Of a stretch of 64,000 nt of DNA, positions 11,677 to 24,738 are shown one piece after another; the first letter of the stretch is position 1; each line of letters opens with the position of its first letter. This stretch comes from Camelus dromedarius. Its lineage: Eukaryota. The DNA lies in the NCBI RefSeq assembly GCF_036321535.1, contig NC_087436.1:63118001-63182000 (forward strand), in the 5' to 3' direction. The notes under the pieces are model-generated. The model had not been told where the DNA came from, did no database searches, and was given only the letters and a program-made list of their open reading frames with translations. A program made the position numbers and the translations under genes.

Positions 11677-13699
11677 AAAAAGCAAAATTTGGTTTTGTCA
11701 TGAGCTGGTAACTAGTCACATAACATTTACATTGTATTTACATTTTACATAACATGTATGTTGTACTAGCTATAAGTAATCTCCAAATGATCTGAAGTAT
11801 ATGGGAAGATGTGGGTGGGTTATATCAAATACTACATAATTTTACATAAACGACTTAAGCATCTGCAGATTTTGGTATCCCTGGCAGGAGGGGTTCCTAG
11901 AACCAATTCCCAGTGATACCAAGGGACAACTATATTAATATAACTAATAGCAACCAAGTTAATAAATTTTATGCTCTTTTAACTCCCCTCCTTATTCATG
12001 TATCACCAAATAAGATTGTCTTTGTTTATTTAATTAATACTGAAATTTATGGATCATTAAGCAACTGAGTCAAAAATAACAGGCCTTCATTTCAACAAAC
12101 TGTGACTAATGTGACTAAAAGTATTTACTGTAGGTCATTAAAAACAACAACAACAAAATAAAAACATCAGCAAAACCTTCTCAATAAATAATTTGAAAAT
12201 AATAAAATAGTTAGATACCTAATTCCTAAAAATCCAAAAATATTAATACCTACAATACCTAAAATCATTAAACTCTCAAAACTTTTAGAGTTATTACATC
12301 TTAAAACATATATCCAAGAAAATGAATAAATCCATCATTACACTGTCCTTTAATTTTATAAATTCAACAAATCAAAGATTTTTTTTTTAAACATAACACA
12401 ACACACACAAAATGAAAAACACCTTTCCTGGGCCCCACTAATTACATCATAGAGAAATTTTGCCTTCTTATTTTAAGATCTCTCAATATTGCAAGAATAC
12501 TTCTTGTTGAAATTTCTCCAGTATTTACTAGAAAAATAAATTATTCAGATTTAACACAGAGACCATTATTAGAAATACCTTAATGTTAGACAGTAGATTC
12601 AGAGGATAAAAATATCTTTCTCCAGAAATTAAAGTTTTTCCTTGATTTGAAAGCTAAAGTAAAAATACATACAACTGCAGATGTATATAAAAAAGTTATA
12701 TTACTTAAATGCTCAAGTTTTTTAGGTTTAAAAATATCATTATAAGAAAAGCTTCATCTTGCAGTTTGAAATCATGTGCACACCTATTCGCAAACACCTT
12801 CATGTTAAAATTCAAAAAGAGTGGCTCTGAATGAAATTTTAATGGGTGCTGAGTAGGTTCCATTATTGAGAACATAATCACCATATACAGTGCTTTGCCC
12901 AGTTAATAATGCAGGAAAACTAAATGGCAGGGCTGCAGTGAGAGGTGGTCACAGTTTTAATGACTGCATGCAAAAGGTTTCATAAATCTCCACTCAAATA
13001 GAAGACTAACTCCTGAAAGAAAGTGGCATTAAAGTTGGGAAGAGCTGGCAGAACTGATTACAAATAAATTAAACTAGAATATTCATATGCATTTCCTTCA
13101 AGTATTCTTTCTCTTGATAGTTAGAGAGATATCTATTACATTATTTGGCCCATAACTCAGAAAAAGAAGGAAATAAAGAGATAGGCTGTAGGGATATACA
13201 TATTATATAGTGATAATATTTATACATTTATGATGTATCACTATCTATAATATGTATATATCCCTAAAATATATGTATGCATTAATTTTGTGATTTTTTC
13301 CCTTTCTACAAATAGAATTATGCTTGAATGACACTTGATAAGATATTGAACAATTAAATATATTTTTTAGAATGATGACAGGCATATGTATAATCTTTGC
13401 CCTTGAAATGAATATACACATTCAAATTCTAGGGAAAATTATGCTCATGAATGTATAGATACAGATGTCTGGTAATTAAGGTGCTATAATTGCCTTATAA
13501 TTAGCTCTCCTTTTAATAATAGAGAAGATATCAAATTTCTGTCACAAATAGCACAGCAATTTTTTATGGATAATGTATTTTTATATTTCCTGAGTGGACT
13601 TTCTACCAGAGTTCAGCTCAGGAAGTAGAAATATTTTTTAAGATGAGGAAATTTCATATAGCAAATTATGTGCTTATTAAAATATTGCTAGGACTGAAG

Positions 13700-14215
13700 G
13701 AAGAAATTCTAAGCTGAGTCTCCTGTAATAACTCCTGGACCTATACAGAACTGACTTACTATGGAGAACTATCTCTGAGGACACAATATTGTGGAAACAA
13801 GTATCTCTGTCTTTACTAACACAGTCCAACCCTCAAGAGGCTGAAGATGTGCTCCTGATGCTGCAGTCCAGGAATTCGACACCAGATCAAGGTGCAGTCC
13901 CCTCTGCTTGTCAACATCTAGGAAACTGGAGTTAGGACCATGTAGCAACACAGTGGGAACCCTCACATCTCCAGTAGTTGTTTGCCAGTAGAAATAGCCA
14001 AAAGCTACAGGAAGGTGGTTTCTGCTTAACTCTTGCCTTTCGGATCTTGCTGCAATTACATGGTAATCAAATGGTGGAAACTAATCTGCATTCAGAACCT
14101 TAGCTGAAAGGGAGTCTGGGAAAAATAGGTTTTAGATTTCAACCTTGTAGTAAATGAAAGTTTACATAAGATAATAAATTGAATGCCTAATATGAATCAA
14201 CTATAACCAGCATAA
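13700..14215 (-). mobile_element. Ancient ERVL-class LTR (LTR33/LTR41-like)
   Basis: cattcagaaccttagctgaaagggagtctgggaaaaataggttttagatttc motif typical of old ERVL/MaLR LTRs. Confidence 0.45.
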
Positions 14216-14694
14216 TCCCTACATGTGAATAAAATATATTTTAAATATACTGTAATAGCATGCTATCCTAGTATTTCCTCTTTGAAAACAAATATATCTA
14301 AAATACCAGAGTACTTTGTTTTGGCAAGAACAACTATTCCAGAGGAAAAAAAGACATTTCTCAAAAACAGAAATTGAATGAATTTGGCAAAGAGAAGTTA
14401 AAACAGGTGACAACACAGGAATAACCTAAAAGACTGTTAGAGTTTGACAGAGACAAAGTCTGTGTGTTTTGGGATCAGCACCAACTGATGATAATGTGAA
14501 AATTAACAGTCAAACTGAGACCACTCACGGTTAAAGATCATTTCCCAAATGTTACCCTACTTAAACTCAGAAGGTAATGAACATTCATGGAGGTAGGGGA
14601 AAGCATATTTTAACTAGATATTTACTCTATCACAGTAACATATACTGATCCTTTTAAAAAAAAAAAGGTTTCCATGGAAATTATTTTAGCCACT

Positions 14695-15182
14695 ATTATT
14701 AGTTGTCTATTGCCTTTGTAACAACTTATCACAAACTCAGTGGCTTAACACAATACAAATCTATTATCCTACAGTTTTGCAGGTTAGAAGTCTGACATGG
14801 GTCCCGCTGGTCTAACATGAAGGTGAAAAAGCAGGTTTGTATTCCATTCTGGAGGTTCTAGGGGAGAATCTGTTTCCTTGTGGCTGCCAACTTGCCAAGG
14901 TTTCCAGAACCCTTTGGGGCCCTTCCTCTATCATCAAAGCCAACAGTTTTACACTTATCAACGTCTTTTTTTTTCCCCAATCACATCTATGTCTAGTCTG
15001 CCTTCCTTTTCCACTTTTAAGAACACTTGTGATAATACTGTTCCCACATGGATAATCCAGGAGAATGTCCAAGTCTACAATCATGCTGTAAAGTTCTCTT
15101 TGCCATGGAAAGTCACATGATCACAAGTTCTGAAAAATCAGAACATGGGCATTTGGGAGCATTCGTTATCTGCCTACCACAT
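14695..15182 (-). mobile_element. MLT1C/D-like solo LTR
   Basis: ttagttgtctattgcc...caaactcagtggcttaacacaatacaaatctattatcctacagttt...ttctggaggttctaggggagaatctgtttccttg...tctgcctaccaca. Confidence 0.85.
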
Positions 15183-17568
15183 ATGCTAAGAGGAAAAACA
15201 ACAAAAATTGAAATTTCTAATGCACAGAAAAGCTCTTAGTTGTGATACCTAACAGTCTCATGTTATATATCCTATTATATGTTTAATAAAAGGGACACGT
15301 TTTAATATACCCTTAGAAAATATCCAAAATTTCATTATCATCAAATATATACATTTAGATCAATCTGGTTGGAACATTCAAAAATACATTTTATTTCTTG
15401 GTAATAACTCCATGTGAAAAATATTTTACTTTTCAATGTTTTTATTAACAAAGATAAGATTGTCCATATGCTATGAAAATTGGCTCAGGGAATTTCTGAA
15501 CACCTAAATTACTTTTTAATATTCAACTGTAGATTAAACCTAACACTTGGATTTCTTTACTCACTACCTATCTCACTACCTATAATACAGAACATCACTG
15601 TCACAAAATATCTAGAAATATGCCTATTACCTATGTGAGCATTGTTGTGTCTATTTGAGGATACTGATTTAGATAAAACTAACCTGAAGGTGATTTCAAT
15701 TTGGAAGAGAATATAAGAGTTACAACACGCAGCTTAGAGGTTTTAGTTTTGAGGGTAAAGAAAGGCTTTACTGTTAACAAAAACATAACATGGAAACGTG
15801 AAGGCAGAGATTAAACAGGAATGAGAAATAAGCCCTGCTTAGTATCTGTAAACTGATAAAATACAGATGTGTGACTCCAAAAAATCAAATTAGGTACGGA
15901 CACAAAATATCCATACACAATGTGTAATTCTCAGAGGAGATGGAGGTATATATGTGTAATTCACATTTCCGTCAAAATAGATTAAGAATAGCATTACTGC
16001 TGTGACTAGAGTTTCCACAGGCCTCACCTGTTAATGGGGCACCATTAACAGGAATAACTTCTATTTCTCAGGGCATTTTTCCCACTGGCTAATATAGAAC
16101 ATCAGCTTCCCTTCTGGTCCCCTGCTTTTTCCACCTAAGTGTCTTGGATTTCCCAGGTTGTCTCTCACGTGGAGTAAGTCCAGACAACACCATCCTCTGA
16201 CTAGCACTGCCCCTTCTGTTGGGTACTGTTACTCTCATCACTCCTGGAGGCTGAGTTCACTGGAGAAAAGCCCTGTGAAGGCACTACTGCCTGCTGAACA
16301 TGGTGGTTCTTTAATAGGACACCACTCCATTCACTGTTTCCCAAATCACACCATACATGCACTAGAAATAGCCATAAACTCTTTAGTAGAACAAAATGGT
16401 AGCATGTCTTACTATTTCTTCAGTGTGGAAGTCTGTTTAAAATCTACCAAGTCCTAATGCTGAAGTCTTAAAAGACAGCATTTTGTACTAACACATTTCT
16501 CTATTTACTCACAGTCCTCCCTTTCCCATGGATTTAGAGGGGAGAAATCCAAATCACTGATTTCTTCAAATTCATTTTATCTCTTCTCCCTGACCACCAA
16601 ACCTTTGTTTTTTCAGACAACCTTCATTTTTGCCTTCCAGTGAGTTCTCTTAGGAGAGCCTCAAACCACCACGCAAGCAGATTTCTGCCTAGACTTTCCC
16701 ACCAACTCATCAGATAGGCACACCCTTCTGAACAATAAGACACAGCTTAAACTTAAGCTGAAATCTATATGCAGTCATAACACATATCACCTTTAATATC
16801 AGAGCTGTGGCAGGGTACTGAAACTTTCAAAAAGCATGGAAATAAAAAAGTGGGTCAGCACACCCCATGGATTTGAAATTGAAAATACAGTCACCAAATA
16901 TCAAGTTGATCTAGCTAGTGTGGACAAACTATAAATCCAATCATATAAAGACCATAAATATGCTATTTCTAATTATGGAAAGGATAAGTATCTACAACAT
17001 AGTTCTAGGATATATTGGGCATATCTATGTCTGAATAAGGACAGAATAATTTCTAAAATTACTTTCACTTCACCCAGACTTGAGATATGCCCTTTCTGTG
17101 ATCATCCTGCATTCTGCAGAATTTGTCGACAAATACCCAGAATAGCTGTATATAGTGAAAGGATTTTTCTTGAAATTCACTTTATCCCTGTGAAGCACAT
17201 CTGCACCAGTGTTTCCCACCTGACAGTATTTCTAGCCTCTCTGCTGAAGAAAATGTTCTGTTCATAAAACTGAATACAATTCTTCTCTTACACATGACTT
17301 TTAAGATATTTGTGGCTGACGTCACCTCTCTATTCTCATAGGAAGGAAATGTTTTGAAAACAATTGACAAGTTGACTAGCTATTTAATTTTAATATCTGA
17401 CATACTAAATTTATGTATAGAGTGTGGTTTAATAAGTTAAGTCAGATACCAGGAAGGAATAAAAAAATTAATTAAGCATGCCTGAATTTAACACCATATT
17501 TTATACAGTAGAGTAACTTAAAAGAAATTTTTGTTGATTGTATTACTTTCCCTTTAAAAATGTTATCT

Positions 17569-20500
17569 GGAGGAAGGAGATCAAGATGGTGGGGTAAGAG
17601 GATGCTGGGCTCACCTCCCTCATGAGCACATCAAAACTACAATTACATATAGAGTAACTCACTGGAATCAACCTGTGAATTAGCAGAATAGCTCTACTTC
17701 AACCAAAGTTATAAAGAAGATCCATGTGACATCCGGTAGGAGGAGAGGAGAACTGATCTGGTCAGAATCCACACCCTTAGTGGGAGACACAGAAGAAGAG
17801 GATATCACAGGCTTTGGGATCATCCCTGGGAATCAAGAGGTTTGTTCATGTATTAGGCACTTAAACCCCAGTGCAACATTGGGAAGACAAGCCCCTTTAG
17901 TGGTTTGAAAACCAGTGGGGTTTACCAAACTGCTGTAAGAAACCAAGACTCCACTCTTGAAGAGTGCACAGACAGTTTTGCTTACTCCCAGGAACAGTGT
18001 GGAGGCAGCAGATTGAAAACTGCTTGGGGCTCTGGCTGGCTTACCAGGATCACTCCAGCATGCCCCCAAACCCCAAAATAGGCTCATGCTCCAGCCCCTC
18101 TTGTTCTGGCACTGCTCACCACTAAGGAGGAGGCTGCCTTTGTCAGTGAGAATACTCATACTTGGAGAAAAGAGAGCCCTGTTGGATCCCAGCCCTGCCT
18201 CTAACCAGCACAAAGGTAGCTATGACCAGCTCTCATGTCCCTACACACACTCCCAGGTGACATAAGATAGTTTCAGGGCACAGACCACCATCACTGTAGT
18301 GTGTATTCCCGTGCATACTTGGGAGAGGGTGAGACCATATCAGTGGTGTGGTACCAACCCCTCTGGCCCTGACCCAGCTTCTAACCAAGGCACACACACT
18401 GGGAAAAATGTGAAACCAGCATAGAAGTGGCAACCCCAAGCTATCAGGTCCCAGCCATGTTGCAAACCAAGGCAGTGACTGCCATAATACTCAGGAGAAA
18501 CTCAGATTTGCATCCAGATTTGGCTCTGGCCCCTCCAATTCAAGCCGCATCCCCCACCAAGGTGATGGCTGCCAGCCTATGCTCACTTCAGATCCAGCTT
18601 TCGTATGCAAAATGCTGTGTACACACAGACTGCATAAAAACATTTCCACACAAGGACACCTCTTCAAGAGCAGGATAGGTAACTATTTCACCTAAATTCA
18701 GAGACAGAGAAAGTGAAACAAAATGAGAAGATAGTGGAATAGGGTTTCAAGCAAAAGAATAAGGAAAAAAAAAAAACTCTTAGAAAAACAGATGTAAATA
18801 ATCTACCTGATAGAGTTCAAAGCAAAAGTAATCAGAAAGCAAACTAAATTGTAGGATGGAATAGCTTGAACACACTGCGAATTTAAACAAAGAACTAGAA
18901 AATATAAAAATGACCAGTCAGAGCTGAAGAATACAGTAACTGAAATGAAAAATATACTACAGGAAATTAACAGATTAGGTGAAACAGAAAAATGCACACA
19001 CGATCTGGACGACAGAATAATGGAAATATTCAATCCAAACAGCAAAAAGTAAAACAAATTAAAAAAATGAGAATAACTTAAGGAACCTCTAGGACAACAT
19101 CAAGTATACTAACATTCACATTATATGGGTACCAAAGAAGAAAAGTGAGAGAAAAGTGCAGAAATGTACTTGATGAAATTATGGTGGAAAATGTCCCAAA
19201 CCTGAAGAAGGAAACAGATATTCAGGGACAAGAAGCACAGAGAATATCAAACAAGATGAGCCCAAAGAGACCCACACCAAGACATATCACATAATTAAAA
19301 CAACAAATGTTAACGAGAGAATTCTAAGGGTAGCAAGAGAAGAACAAAGAATCACATAAAATGGAACCCTCATAAAGCTATGAGCTGACTTTTTAACAGA
19401 ACCTTTGAAGGCCAGGAGGGAATATCATTATGTATTTAAAATTCTAAAAGGGAAAAACCTACCACCTAGGATACCCTATCCAGCAAGGTTATCATTCAAA
19501 ATTGAAAGAGAGGTTAAAAAAAATTCTCAGACAAGCAAAACCAAAAGAGTTTATAGACACTAAACTGACTTTACAAGAGGTGCTAAAAGTGCTTCTTCAA
19601 GTGAAAAAGAAAAGACTACAACAAGAAATAAGAAATTACTCAAAAGGGAAAATCTCACTGACAGATGCAAATATATAGTAAATGTTATACATTAACTACT
19701 TAAGTAAGTGCAAAGATTAAAAGACAACAAAAAGGTAACAAAATATAACTACAATAAACAGTTAATGGATAAACATGAGAATTAAAATATGACATTGAAA
19801 ACACAAAATGTGGGAGAAGGGAGTTAAAAATGCAGATCTTTTAGAATGTTTGAACTTACATTACTACAAGTTTTTAAAAAGTAGATACAGCTGTAGGTCA
19901 ACATACATAGAACCCATGGTAACCGTGTATCAAAAACCTATAACATGCACTAAAATGTTAGAGAGAAAGGAACATAAGCATACCACTAACACAAATTATG
20001 AAACCACAAGAGAAGAGACTAAAAGAAGAAAAGAACAGGCAAAACTACACAGCAACCAGAAAACAAGTGACAAAGTGGCAACAGTACATACTTATTAATA
20101 ATTGCTTTAAATTTCAATGGACTAAATGCTCCAATCAAAAGACATAGGGTGGCTGATTCAATTAAACAAACAAACAAACAAACAAACAAACAAAAAAACA
20201 AGACCCATCTACATGCTGCCTACAAGACTCATTTTGGAGCTATAAAGACACATGAACAGAAAGTGAGGGGATAAAAAAAGATTCCATGAAAAAGGAAATT
20301 AAAAGAAAGCTGAGGTAGAAATATTCATATCAGACAAAGCAGATTTTAAAACCAAGTCTATAATAAAAGACAAAGAAGGGCATTATATAATGATAAAGGT
20401 CATTATATAATGATACAAGAAGAGGAGATAACATTCTTAAACATATATGCACCTAATTTAGGAGCACCTAAATAAATGAAGCAAAATTAATAAGACATAA

Positions 20501-21195
20501 AGGGAGAAACTGACAGTAATATAATAATAGTAAGGGACGTTAATGCCCCACTAACAGCAACAGATATAAAGTCAATAAGGAAACAGTGATCTTAAATGAC
20601 ACATTAGACCAAATGAACTTAATAGATGTCTACAGGACATTCCATCCAAAAAGAGCAGAATACACATTCTTTTCAAGTACACACGAAATGTTTTCTAGGG
20701 TAGACCACATGCTAGGCCACAAAATAAGTCTCAACAAACTTAAGAGGAGGGAAATTATATAAAGCATCTTTCTGACCACATATAAAGCATCTTCTGACCA
20801 CAATGGTATAAAACTAGAAATCAATTACAGAAAGATGACTGGGAAAAACACAAACATGTGGGGACTAAACCACATGCTACTAAAAAAACCCAATGGGTCA
20901 GTGAAGAAATCAAAGAGGAAATCATAAAATACCTTAGGACAAATGAAAATTTAAAGAATACAACTTTCAAAAATCTATAGGATGCAGCAAAAGCAGTTCT
21001 AAGAGGAAATTTATACAGATACTGATATATTTTAAGAAATAAAACTCTCAAATAAATAATCTAACTTACCATTTAAGAAATGAGAAAAAGAAAAAAAAAG
21101 AAAGCCCAAAGTCAGCAGAAGGAAGAATATAATAAATATCAGAGAGGAAATAAACAGAGATTTAAAAAGCAGAAAAGATTAATGAAAAAGAAAAC
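17569..21195 (+). mobile_element. L1 5' half: 5'UTR, degraded ORF1 (~18720-19640), inter-ORF, ORF2 endonuclease region (~20075-21195); 3' half absent
   Basis: Start ggaggaaggagatcaagatgg (YY1-like); ORF1 motifs aacctgaagaaggaaacagat, agacccacaccaagacatatc; ORF2 aatggactaaatgctccaatcaaaagacataggg; many stops and frameshifts. Confidence 0.9.
20164..20199. repeat. (AAAC)n microsatellite inside L1 ORF2
   Basis: aaacaaacaaacaaacaaacaaacaaacaaaaaaac. Confidence 0.9.
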
Positions 21196-21199
21196 ATTG

Positions 21200-23000
21200 A
21201 CCATATTTAGTGTCTTTAATCTAGGTAGATTCAATATGTACATGATAAAAGAAAAAAGCAAAAAGATCAGGGGGATAAAACAGTATTATTACAAGATTAT
21301 TATATTCTAAGTGAGATAATAAAACATTGACTGGAAGTAGAGTATAATGGTTAAGGATGTGTAGTGTAATTCTTAAAACCACCACCAAAAAGTAATAAAA
21401 GTGGTATAGCAGAAAAGTCAATATAAGAATTAAAATGGGTGTAGAAAAAAATTTATCCCCCAAAATGCTAGAAACAAGGAACAGAAGACAAATTTGACAC
21501 AACAGAGAAAACAGTCAGTAAAATGTCAATAATTATATGTCAATAATTAAATATAAATGAAATAAATCAATTAAAATGCAGTAATTCTCTAACTGGATAA
21601 AATCCAAAGCCATACCTTGTAACTGTCTCCTAGAACCATACTTTTAATATAGAAACACATACAGCTATAAAGTAAGAGAACAGAAATAGAAATACCATGT
21701 GAACATTAAGAATAAGAACACCTGAATGGCTGTATTAAGAACAGATAAAATATCCTTGAGAACAAGGAGTGTACCAGAGTTAAAGACTAGTATTTCATAA
21801 TGATTGAATGGTAATTCATCAAAGAGACATATCAATTGTAAATACATATGTACCTGGTAACACAGTTTAAAAATATATTAAGCAAAAATTGACAAAAATA
21901 AAGGGTTAGGTAGACAATTCAATAATCTTACTCGGAAAATTTTAACATTATTCTCTCAAATGACAGATGAACCAGAAAATAAACTGTAAGAATGTAGAAA
22001 AACTGAAAAGCACTATCAAATACCATAATTATGTTAATATAGAACACTAATTACACATTTCACATTTCATTCAAGTGAGCACAGAACATTCTGATCAAGT
22101 TTTCATTACCTTACTCAAACAATAAGTCTCAACAAATGTCAAATAATTGAAATCATAATGTACATAAATGTGGAAACCCAAATCAATAATGATAGTAATA
22201 GATAATAGCTGACAAAATAAAGTGAGAAACCATAAATTCTATACTAAAGATATGAAGGAGATGGCAGGAAGCTCCTTCTTACAGTAGAATGCCAATTTAC
22301 ATTATAATGGAGATAGCAAATTGTCAGTGGATGCTAAAACCAGTGTAAGAAACTCTCAAGAGGAACAGGATATTGAGACAATGGAGTCTCAAACTATATC
22401 CCCACATATTACCTATTAATTATAAAGAGAAAAATAAGTTTATAGTGGATAGTCCTAGCATATATACTTTATTCAAAATGATCATTTAATACTACCAATA
22501 CTGGAATAATCTCACCACATACATACTAATATGATGCACTGAGAAATACACAACAGTTTTGTAGTATTCTTGCCAAAATTGGAGAACTCAAATCTAACCA
22601 TGAAGGAACATCACATAAACCCAAATTGAGGGACAATTTCACAAAAAAAAAAAACTGGTTAGTTTTTGTAAAACTCCTGGAAAACAGTCTTCAAAATACA
22701 TGAAAGAAAAATGTTCCAGATTAAAGGAGAATAAAGACAAATAATCACTAAATGTAATGTTGTCCTAGAGTGAATTTGAGGCAAGAATGAAAAATGTGTA
22801 AAAATATTACTGGCACAATTGATAATTAATAGTTCACTTGAAAAAATATTATTGATTAAATAGAAATATATAAATGTTAGGTTTTAAAATTTTAATATTT
22901 CAGTATGGTTAAATGAGAAAATGTGCATGTGAAACGTGTACTAAGGTTTTTAGTGGTTAAGGAAAATAATCTCTTAAAGTAACTCTCAAGTAGTTCATAA
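21200..23000 (+). mobile_element. Older L1 (L1MC/L1ME-like): inter-ORF and ORF2 5' piece plus 3' UTR
   Basis: Second degenerate endonuclease region at 21540-22160; 3'UTR motifs atgatgcactgagaa...gtattcttgccaaaa...aaacccaaattgagggaca. Confidence 0.7.
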
Positions 23001-23587
23001 CTGGTTTCTGATGTTAAAATTATAAAAAAAAAGATACAAAACAGTATAGGGATCATGAAATATGTTACTGAATTATCTTCAGTCCTTAGGTTAAAGATTA
23101 ATATTTATATATCTAGAACATATTTGATCTTAGTGAAGCCTACAAATGAAAATAGATTAATTGTGATTTCCATTGACTTAAAGTGCTAACTATTTATAAG
23201 CTATTTTGGTATTTCCTGAAACAGGTCAAGTTATATGTGTCAACCTTTCTCTTATTTGAATCTTTATGTTAACAATCCAGAAACAGTTATGTTTTTAAAG
23301 CCAGAAGAATCTAATCTATCACATCTAATATTTTTCATTCAATTGTTTGGTTTAAGCACTTACAATTAATTAATTTCATTTTTAATTCAGTGGTATAGGT
23401 CTTCTATTTTTAGGTTTTTCTATACTTTCCACTACATTTTATTAGCTGCCTGGCTTTGGATTGTTCCTTGTCCTCTCACTGTGTGAGTTTCATCAATACA
23501 ATAATAGTTTCTGTATCATATACATATTGTGATTAATCAGAAACATAATCAAGTACATAATAAGTCATTGCCAATTGTTATTAAGTT

Positions 23588-23830
23588 GAGGCAGTGTATG
23601 TGGTTTTCCAGAGACTAAAGCCACATTGCCTAAGTTCAAGTCCAGCTTTTACTTCTTAGTGAGTGACTTAACCTATCTTTGCATCAGTTTCCCCACCTGT
23701 AAAATGCAAATATTAATAATATCAACTTCCTGGGGTTACTATGTGCACAAACTCAATTAATGTTATAAAATACTTAGAGCATTACATGGAAAATAGTATG
23801 CAGCTCTTACGTTAAGTAATGACAATGATA
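23588..23830 (+). mobile_element. MIR SINE
   Basis: gccacattgcctaagttcaagtccagct...gacttaacctatctttgcatcagtttccccacctgtaaaatg. Confidence 0.75.
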
Positions 23831-24251
23831 ACTGTAACTCAGTCTCAGGCTGATATGTGTTTACCTTCATGTTTCTGTCCTTACCTTTGGCTAGCTCAGC
23901 TAACTGTAAGTACCTCAGCAGAACCCATATTACTTTAGAGGAATCTGAGTGCAGTCCTTTTAAATTCACATAAAGCACAAGTGCAGTCCCTTGGGGCTAT
24001 AGACATCTGTATTGCCAACGTTTTCACAACTACTTCATTTGGTTCTCTTTACTAGAGACAGTTTCTTATTTTAAATAGCTCTTTACAACTGTTAATACAT
24101 GAATTTGCTGAAAAACTTCTGTACTGAATTTATATTGTGTGTAAATTTCACTCACCATACTTTCATTTCATTAACTATCTCAATGATAAAGTGGACTTAA
24201 TGTCTAAATGGATATACAAAGTTGAAAAAAAATTGACAAACTTAATAGGTA

Positions 24252-24738
24252 CTATGGTAGACCACTTTCAAAGATGGTCCTCTCTGATGCTTGCCTCTTG
24301 GGTCATCTCCTCTCCTTGAGAGTACGTCAGACACCATCACCTCTAACCAACAAACAAGCAGTATGGTTATAAGCCATAACCTCCATGATTAGGTTAGGAA
24401 AGACTGGCATTTATCTCCTGCCAACAGACGGGTTCTATTGCCTTCCAGGCTTGTAGGGTGTAATTAGTAAGCTGCCATATGAGAAAGGCCCACCTGTCAA
24501 GGAACTAAGGATAGAATCAGTCCAACAAACCACTAGAAATTGATTTCCACTAACATGCTGCTCAGTTGAGCATTGAAATGACTTTGGCCCAGAGAACACT
24601 ATGTAACCTATGAGAGATCCTGAAGTGAAGAACCCAGCTAGGGCCCAGAAATACAACCACAGAAACTGTGAAATAATACATTTATGTCAAGCCACTAAAT
24701 TTGGGGCAATCTGTTATGCAGAAATAGAAAATTAATAT
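24252..24738 (+). mobile_element. MLT1E/F-like solo LTR
   Basis: aagatggtcc...gctgccatatgagaaaggcccacctgtcaaggaactaagg...cacagaaactgtgaaataatac...aagccactaaatttggggcaatctgttatgcag. Confidence 0.8.

Larger units (their letters stand above)
9909..11932. mobile_element. Tigger3/MER2-like TcMar MITE split by two L1 insertions (arms ~9909-9976, ~11293-11327, ~11691-11932)
   Basis: TA|cagtcagccctc... left end and ...gataccaagggacaacta|TA right end; internal aagtaatctccaaatgatctgaagtatatgggaagatgtg. Confidence 0.8.

Noticed and set aside
23879..23990. Strong minus-strand donor AAG|GTAAGG
   Set aside because: No matching acceptor at exon distance and no recognisable peptide
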